From Cyanophora paradoxa CCMP329 (taxonomy: Eukaryota > Plantae > Glaucophyta), in assembly GCA_004431415.1 (NCBI GenBank), contig QPMI01000007.1, positions 21,532-85,531 on the forward strand: a DNA stretch of 64,000 nucleotides, written 5' to 3'. Of this stretch, positions 57,034 through 64,000 are shown piece by piece. The position numbers and the translations under genes were made by a program. Every line of letters starts with the position of its first letter. The first letter of the stretch is position 1. The notes under the pieces were generated by a model. The model saw only the letters and a program-made list of their open reading frames with translations, was not told the DNA's origin and did no database searches.

Positions 57034-60000
57034 CTACAGGAGCCAGGGTACGTCGAGGAGGAGCTCGACGGAGACGAGGCGGCGGGCGACGGCCCACGCC
57101 GCGAAGTACGCCTTCCGCGAGATCCGCCGCTCCGCCACCCGCCTGCCCTTGTTTTAGGGGGTGGAGGAGGAGGGAGAAGCTCCGGGGCGGGGACAGGGAC
57201 CTGGAGCTCGTGGTCTCGATGCGGTAGAGCAGCGGCGAGTAGTTGAGGTGCGCCCGCGCGTTCGTCCTCGTCAGGCCCTCCTCCCCCATCAGGTGCTGAG
57301 GTAATGACGATCGTCAGGGCGGCGTCAGGGATCGTCAGAGGGGGGAGGGGAGGGTGAAGAGGGGGTACGGGGGCACCGCGACGATGCGGGCGGGGCGGAG
57401 GGGCCCCGCGCCCACGCCCTCCTCCTCGATCACCCCCCGCAGGCATTTAAGCTGCGGCGCAGGCTTAAGAGGGCCCGGGAGGGGAGGGGGGGGGGGGGTC
57501 CGGGGGTACGCGCCATGAGAGCGTCGGAGGGGCGGAGGAGGCGCTCCGCGGGCGGGACGGGTACGCCGTCGGCGAGGCGGACGTGGAGGTCGCCGGCCGC
57601 GAGGGCGCCACCGTCCCCGCCGGGCCGCCGGCTCGGGCCCTCCAGGAGCCACTCCAGCAGCTCGCGCGGGGCCGGCGCCGGCGCGCCCCCCTCCGGCCAC
57701 ACCTGCGAGGCGGCCGTCAGGACGCCGCGGCCGGAAAGAAAGAGAGGGGAGGGGCGTACGTCGATCTGGAAGGCGGGGCTGGCGGCGAGGCAGGCGGCGA
57801 GCTCGGCGGGGTGGAGGAGGGCGTGGGCGCGGGCGGCGGCCCAGAGGCGGGAGCGCTGCAGGCGGTCGGCCCCCGCGTCCGACGCGAGGCGGCTCGAGGC
57901 GCGCTCCACGGACTGCAGCAGCACGCGGAACGGCAGCCGCGGCCGCCCGCCTCCCCCCGGCCCCACCCCCGTCCCCGCCCTCGCTGGCGGCGAGGGCGAG
58001 GAGGCGGAGGGCGGTCATGTGGCACAGGCGCACGTCGCCGGCCGCGCCCCGCCGCGCATCGGCCTCCGCGCCCCCGCGGGGCCCACGTACCGCAGCGCCC
58101 GCCCGTCCCGCGAGAGCCGCGCCACGCCCCGCGCCCACGCCCCCTCCCCCTCCTCCTCCCCATCCCCCTCGCCGTCCTCGGCGTACCCCCCGTCCTCGGG
58201 GGGCCGGAAGAGCCCGAGGACGCGGCGGGCCGCCCGCAGGTCCTCCTCGGGGGGGGTACTCTCGGGGTCGAACGAGGGGTCGCGGGCCGCGCGGGCCGCC
58301 GCCGCCACCGACGCGTCCGTCGCCACGCCCGCCGCGATCACCTGAGCGCGGCGAGGGTCGGTCGTCTTTCTCCCTACCCCCCCCCCCCCCACCCCCCGGC
58401 CCGGGGTACGGCGCGCCTGGCGTGCGGCGATCTCGAGGAGGTCGAGGGTACCCGGGAGGCTCTCGGGGAGGTCGAAGACAGTGGCGGGGGCGGCGGGCCA
58501 GCCGGCCACGGAGAAGGCCGCCGAGGCGAGGCGGGGGCCCGGCCGCCCCAGCAGCTCCGCCAGGCGCAGCAGCGAGGCCGGGTGGTACCCCGGGGACGAG
58601 CAGAGGCCCCGCCGGAAGAGCGCGTCGCCCCCCCGGGGGGCGAAGAACGGCGCGGCGCCCTCCAGCACCCGAAGGCACTCGTCCAGCAGGGGTACGTGAA
58701 CGTCCCGGCCCGTGGGGATACCGCTCCGGAAATCCCGCTCCAGCTGCCGCACCCGCTCCCTGCCTCCCTATCAGAGGGGAACGAGAGAGGCGGTGAAGGG
58801 AGCGCCGGGGGGGTACCGGGTGAGGCCGTGCTCGTCGCCGACCTGCTGGAGGGATGGCTGGCTCTCCTGGCCCAGCAGGCCCAGCCGCTGCAGGATCAGC
58901 GACAGCTGCGGGGGGTACGGCGTCTGGTTAGGCGAGGCGTAGAGGGGGATACATGAACAGACCCGCGCAGAGTCGAGGTGCGAGAAGGTTTCCGCGAGAC
59001 TCCACGTGACGTCCTACGGGCCGGTGGGTTCGGTCGAGGGGGGTACGCCAGGAGGGGAGGGGGGTACGCGCCTCGATGGAGTGGGAGGGGCACCACTCCG
59101 AGGGGCCGGGGGAGCCGGAGGAGCCCTCGTCGATCCAGTCCTCGTCGTCCTCCTCCCGCTGCAAGGGGGGGGGGGTACGCCGGCTCAGGAAGGTCTGGGG
59201 CGTGGAGGGGGGGGGGGGGGGGGAAGGCACCTCGGCGTAGGAGGGGAGGGTCGCGGGGTCGAATCCGGCGACGGGGGAGACGATCAGCGGACCGGAGATG
59301 TACCCCTGCGAGGGGGTTCAGAGTACCCCCGGGGACGTCTCGCGGGGGTACGGCACACGACGAAGGGGGGCGAGTCGGCGTCGAAGCGCTTGTTCGAGAG
59401 GCGCTTCTGCGGAGCGGGGCGGGCGTGGGGGGTACGCAAAGGCCGGCGGGGGGTACGGCGCACGGCGAGGGAGTCGAGGAAGCGAAGGAAGGCGCGGAAG
59501 AAAGTGCCGTAGCGGAGGTCCGCGGCGGGGTCGGCCCCGGGCCGCTCGAGGGCCGCCGGAGCGCCCGCGCGCGCCGCGCGAAGCCGCGCCCTGCGCCCCG
59601 CCGCCTCGGCCGCGGCCGGCGCGGCGCGGGGGCGGTGGGGCGGGGGCGGACGCAGGGGAGGTCGGCGCCGGCCTTGGAGGCGCGGGCGAGGGCGGCGGCG
59701 ATGTCGTCTTTGGAGAGATCGCCGACGATGCGGGCGGCCTCGTTGCGGCTGCGGCCGCGGGGCGAGCGGAGGGCGGCGGCGCGCTCGACGCCGAGGGCCG
59801 TCTCGAGACGGGCGAGGGAGGCGGCGATGCGGGCGAGGAGCGAGAGGGAGCGCCGCTTCAGGTACGCCTTCTGCACGTGGTGGCCCCGCTCGAGCGCCTC
59901 CTGCGCCGGGCCCGCCGCCTGCTCCAGTCGCTCCGCCGTCGCCGCGACGCGCCGCGCCGCGAGCGAGCCGGCCGGCGCGAAGGCGACCCATGGGATGCGC

Positions 60001-60572
60001 GACGGGTCGTCGCGGTAGACGACGAAGCCGCGACCGGACTCCGCCGCCGGCTCCTCCGCGGGGGCGCTCGCGCTCGCCTTGCGAGGGCGGCCCACTCGGC
60101 GCCGCGGCGCCGCGCTCGGCGCCGGCTCCGCCGCCGGCTTCGGGGTCGCCTTCTTCTTGGATGCTCGCGCGGGCTGGACCGCATCGAGCCGCAGCACAGG
60201 CGGCGGGGCGGGGAGCTCGCTGAGGCCCCGCGGCGGAGGGCGTGCAGGCCGCGGCACGAAGAATCCACCGGTCGAGCGCGCGCCGACCCAGCGCATCTTT
60301 CGCTTCAGCAGGGCGCTAACGGCGCTGCGGCGTCCGCCTGCGCTCGCTCCCGTCTCCGCGCTCGCCGCGCCCAGCCGCCGCAGATCGGGGCGAGTCGAAG
60401 CCGTAGGTCTCAGCCAAGCAAATCCCGGGACGGCGAATGCCGCGGCGGAATCACCGCCTGCGGCCGGCATTTCGCGTTGCGGCTGCAATGCGGCAGGTGT
60501 CGGGGGTACGCAACTCGCGGCTCGCCAAATCCGGATCCGGCCGGCCACCACGGCCGCCTCCCGACGCTGCAT
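57034..60572 (-). CDS. Uncharacterised multi-exon protein
   Basis: A long first exon is followed by regular short GTACCCC-containing introns and exons with normal GC3-rich codon use, ending ...AYFAAWAVARRLVSVELLLDVPWLL*. No family recognised. Confidence 0.6.
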
Positions 60573-60845
60573 CGTACTCCCCAGCCTCTATTGGCATCGG
60601 TGCGCATCTTCAAGCGCGCTAGGCGCGCTGGCCACAGTGGCCGATTCGAAATCGTCCAAGCAGGGTCGCGTCGCAGCTCCACGCGTCGTGGTTTATCTCG
60701 GACGACCTGGAGGGACGCGGCGGGATCGCGAACCCGGCAACTTGAAGCCGTGCACTTGCAATTGAAGGCTCAGCAGTCCACCGTCAGGGCCGCGCCGCTA
60801 TACCACGCAGAAGGCCGGTAAGTACGCAATCCGTCATTCAGGAAG

Positions 60846-63800
60846 ATGGTGGACGTCGCGTCGATCGGTGCGCAGCGCCCGCTAGCTATAGATGTAGAAA
60901 TCGCCCCGGCCCCGCACTCGGTCGATGCACGCAGCCAAAGAACTCGAAGCGCTCTAGAATTTGTCTTAGTGTGTCCTTGTGGAATCATTCCACTGACAAG
61001 GGACGCAGCTATCGCGTCTGCGACCGCTGCGCTGTCGTCCATTGGAGGCTACTTCCTCCGACGTATTGCCGCGAGCGAGGAGCAGCGCATCGAGGAGGCG
61101 CAGAAGGCGGCCAGGATCGAAATGGAGCAGCGCTTGGGGGAGGCACGCGCTCCCTGCCGCGCGCTCGATATTGCGACGGCCGAGCGTCTTTCTAGGCTTC
61201 GAGCTCGCCGAGTCGGTCCATCGTACACGAAAGTAACTGGCGAATCTCTCGCGCAGATCAAGTCGCAGATGAAACAGCAGGAGGCACTGCTCGGGGCGCA
61301 GGTGCGTTTGCGCTGCACTCTGCAATCTCTCCCTCTACCCCCATGTCCCACCCCCACCCTCCACCCCTCCTCCCCCTCTGTCCTTTCCAGACTACTGCGT
61401 ATACCGCTAGCTCAACCCAGTTCCCTCCCCTGTACGATCTTTTCACTTTCCACTGCACATGCCTTCCTTCCTCGTTCTTCTCCCCCCCCCCCCCCCCCCC
61501 CCCCACCACCACCACCAAACCCCAAACCCCAAACCACCTCCCAACCCAACTTAACCCAGGCCCACGGGCCTGACTACTCCGAGAAATCCCCCCCCCCCCC
61601 CACTCCCCACCCACCATCCTCTCTCTCTCCCCCCCCTCCCCCCTTGTCTCGACCCCGCCTCGAACTGATCTTGATTGCGTGCAGCTTGGGGAGCGGCAGG
61701 ACACGATGAAGCGCATGCTCAAGAAGGAGGAGCTCATGAACAAGCGCGCCCCTTCGAGCTCTCTCTGACTTCCAGGCTCCGCTGACGGTTCGATCGGCGC
61801 AGGTACCGCGGGCCCCTCGCCAGCGCGGTGCGTCGGACCGTTCTTCTCTCGCGCGTGCTCTCCTTCTAAGCCACGCCGCTCTGCTCCGCCTCAGACGTTC
61901 GAGCTGGTGTCCCGCCTGAAGACCATCCAAGGCGGCTGGCTCGTCTCCAACTACCGCGAGGTCCTCGCCCCTCCTACCCGCGCGTTGACGCCTCTCGACG
62001 CGGGCCGGGGCGCATGCAGGTCCTGCTGTCCCTGGACCTGGTCGCTCTGGAGAAGTTCACGGCGGAGGAGCGGGCGCTCTTCGACGCGTGGGTGGCCGAT
62101 CCCGACAAGAGCAGGCAAGCCGCGGCCCGGCCCGGCCGCACCGCGGACCCGGATCTGTCGCTGACGGGCGGTCCCCCCCGAAGGACGCCCGAGGAAAAGG
62201 AGCGGCTGGCGGAGCTGGGGACCCGCATCCGCGACCCGCTGGACGAGGCGGCGACCAGGCGCGTCGAGTCCCTCGGGCTCCGCATCGAGTGCGCCCGCGC
62301 TTCCCTGAAAGCTTTGTTCTAAGCTTGGAGCGAGCGCGGCTCACCGTCCATCTCGAAGGGAGGCCGCGGGGCCGGACGGGAGGCGGCGGCTCGTGCTCTC
62401 GGGGATGGTCGACATGGAGTGGGAGGCCTGGGCGCCCCCCGAGATCCAGGACGGCCCCCTCTTCCAGAAGCGGGCGCGCGGCTCTTCTAGCCAGGACGGC
62501 GCTGGCGCTCGGCCGGCTCGTGGCTTACCCTTTTCTGGTAGGGCGCCGGCGAGCAGGACGGGAAGAACAAGGCGGCGGGGAGGGGCCCCCGGGAGTGGCT
62601 GACGCGGAGGCAGCGGGAGGCCCTGTGGAACTACCGGCACGCCGTCACCCACACCCTCTTCCTGTGCGCACATCTATGCGCGCGCGCGCGGCGCCATTCC
62701 CATCCGCATTCGCCAGCCATGAAGAATTCGCGTTTGATTTCCACTTACAGGTTTGGAGACTTCTTCGGGCAGCTCGAGATCCTCAGAAGGGCGCGCGCGC
62801 GCGCCTAGGCCTGCGGCTCTGCTCGGTTCTTGCAGCTGATCGTCGCGCCTTCTTTCGCTGCAGGAGATTATGTTCCTGGACGTGAGCGAGGACTCGGAAT
62901 TCTGTGCGTACACGTGTTTGTGTGCCGAGCAAGAGCCGTGACGGCCCGCATGCGCACATCTCACCGTCTCGGCCGCCTCTTTGCAAATCAGGGTCCCTGA
63001 TGAACGTGAAGAAGGCATCTGAAGTCACCAACACGATCAAAGCGAAGGCCGACAAGGCGCGTATGCCCTTAGCTCTATTCGAATTCGCAAACTAGGCCAC
63101 GCTTGCGCGCTTCACCGCGAACTCGGTCGCGCATTCGCCTAATTGAATAACTTGCGCTCGCAGTCGTACGCGGAGAGTACTGGACAAGGGAGGGCGAACG
63201 GGTTCTTCGAGGGTGCAAAGGACGGCAGCAAGACGGCGAGGGGAGACGGCAGCAAGACGGCGAGGGGGCGGAGGGTTGGGCCGTCGGCTTCGATGTCGAC
63301 AGCGGCCGAGGGGGAACAGGAGGAGGACGAGGAGGCGCAGGAGCACAAGCAGACCGTCGCCGAGCACGAAGTGCGCGCAACACGTTTCACTTAACTACAG
63401 GAGAACCTGAACGCTACCACGGATAATATAAAGCATGCCTAGGCCTTTCCTAAAACCCGCGCCGCTTGCAATTGCTGCGAATGCGTCGGCCTCGCCTTCG
63501 CGTCCGCATATTAACATTGCGACCGGCGCGCCGCGGCGCGCGCAGGCGCTGCTGAAGTACCGGCGCACCAAGGAGACCTCCGAGATCCGCGAGGTCCAGC
63601 AGGAGGTGCGGCCGCGGGCGAGCCCGGCCCGGCGTGCGAGGCTGAGGGAGCGAACCCCGCGCTCACTGCCGCTCACGATCAGGTCACCGGGGCCTTCTCC
63701 GTCGAGCCCGGGCGTGCGCCGACGCTTCCCCTGCTCCGTCCTCTTCGTTGCTGCTCACGCCTCTTGCGGCTCCGCAGCGCCACTGAGGGGGAAGCTGGAG

Positions 63801-63980
63801 GCGGCGGTGGGGGCGTACGCGAAGAGCGGATGGACGAAGCTGCTGCGGCCCAGCGAGCGCGGCCTCGACATGCCCGAGGCGTGGGGCGCCTCCCGCGTCA
63901 CCGCCATCCGCCAGGCCTACCGTGCGCATGCGCTGCGCGCGGCGCGCGCCACGCTCGAGCTCGCGAGCTTTCATGAATGA
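60846..63980 (+). CDS. Uncharacterised protein with an N-terminal hydrophobic helix, coiled coil and conserved-looking helical domain
   Basis: Spliced MVDVASIAIASATAALSSIGGYFLRR, KYRGPLASATFELVSRLKTIQGGWL, YRHAVTHTLFLFGDFFGQLEILRREIMFLDV. The 3' exons are uncertain. Confidence 0.65.
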
Positions 63981-64000
63981 ATTAACGGCGCCTGCAACAG

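Noticed and set aside
104-59460. Introner-type family of near-identical mobile introns
   Set aside because: The introns share only short motifs (GYNCG, GTACCCC, CTGAC/CTCAC, YAG), not end-to-end similarity.
63221-63268. Tandem GACGGCAGCAAGACGGCGAGGGG duplication
   Set aside because: A simple 24-nt in-frame duplication in a low-complexity linker.
1-64000. Hundreds of long Arg/Pro/Gly/Ala-rich ORFs in the six-frame track
   Set aside because: These are expected from very high GC content and scarce stop codons; the real proteins emerge only after splicing.
1-64000. Alternative genetic code or stop-codon readthrough
   Set aside because: In the well-conserved genes I spliced, in-frame stops fall inside plausible introns, and TAA, TAG and TGA are all used as terminators.
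1-64000. tRNA, rRNA, snRNA genes or hammerhead ribozymes
   Set aside because: None was recognisable by eye; a tRNAscan-SE or Infernal search would be needed to exclude them.

Overview
This is very GC-rich, intron-dense eukaryotic nuclear DNA from a unicellular alga or protist. A glaucophyte such as Cyanophora is a plausible but unverified guess. The ORF track is mostly misleading because genes are broken by many ~50-80 nt introns with GT or GC donors (consensus close to GYNCG) and YAG acceptors. Manual splicing gives, in order: the 3' end of an ABCG transporter; a TPR/TTC3-like/C2H2/PAM2/double-RING protein; a secreted protein ending in a spherulin-4/GH135 domain; a mitochondrial-type beta-ketoacyl-ACP synthase; a PRL/PTP4A phosphatase; a membrane RING protein; a UBE2O/UBC23-like E2; a CaMKI-like kinase; a Mei2-like RRM protein; a multidomain subtilisin; an ankyrin-TRP channel; a SAM-like protein; an anoctamin; and further uncharacterised genes. 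There are also two dispersed repeat families and an intronic minisatellite. The most unusual signals are non-coding. (1) Intergenic DNA and long introns are saturated with chains of overlapping perfect palindromes, and many differences between repeat copies leave one copy with a palindrome, suggesting an active palindrome-writing mutation or repair process. (2) A strand-oriented (C)GTACCCC motif is absent from gene 5' regions but dense in downstream gene bodies. (3) Two head-to-head gene pairs have start codons only 60 and 94 bp apart. All exon models, counts and family assignments were made by eye and from recalled family motifs, not by database search.
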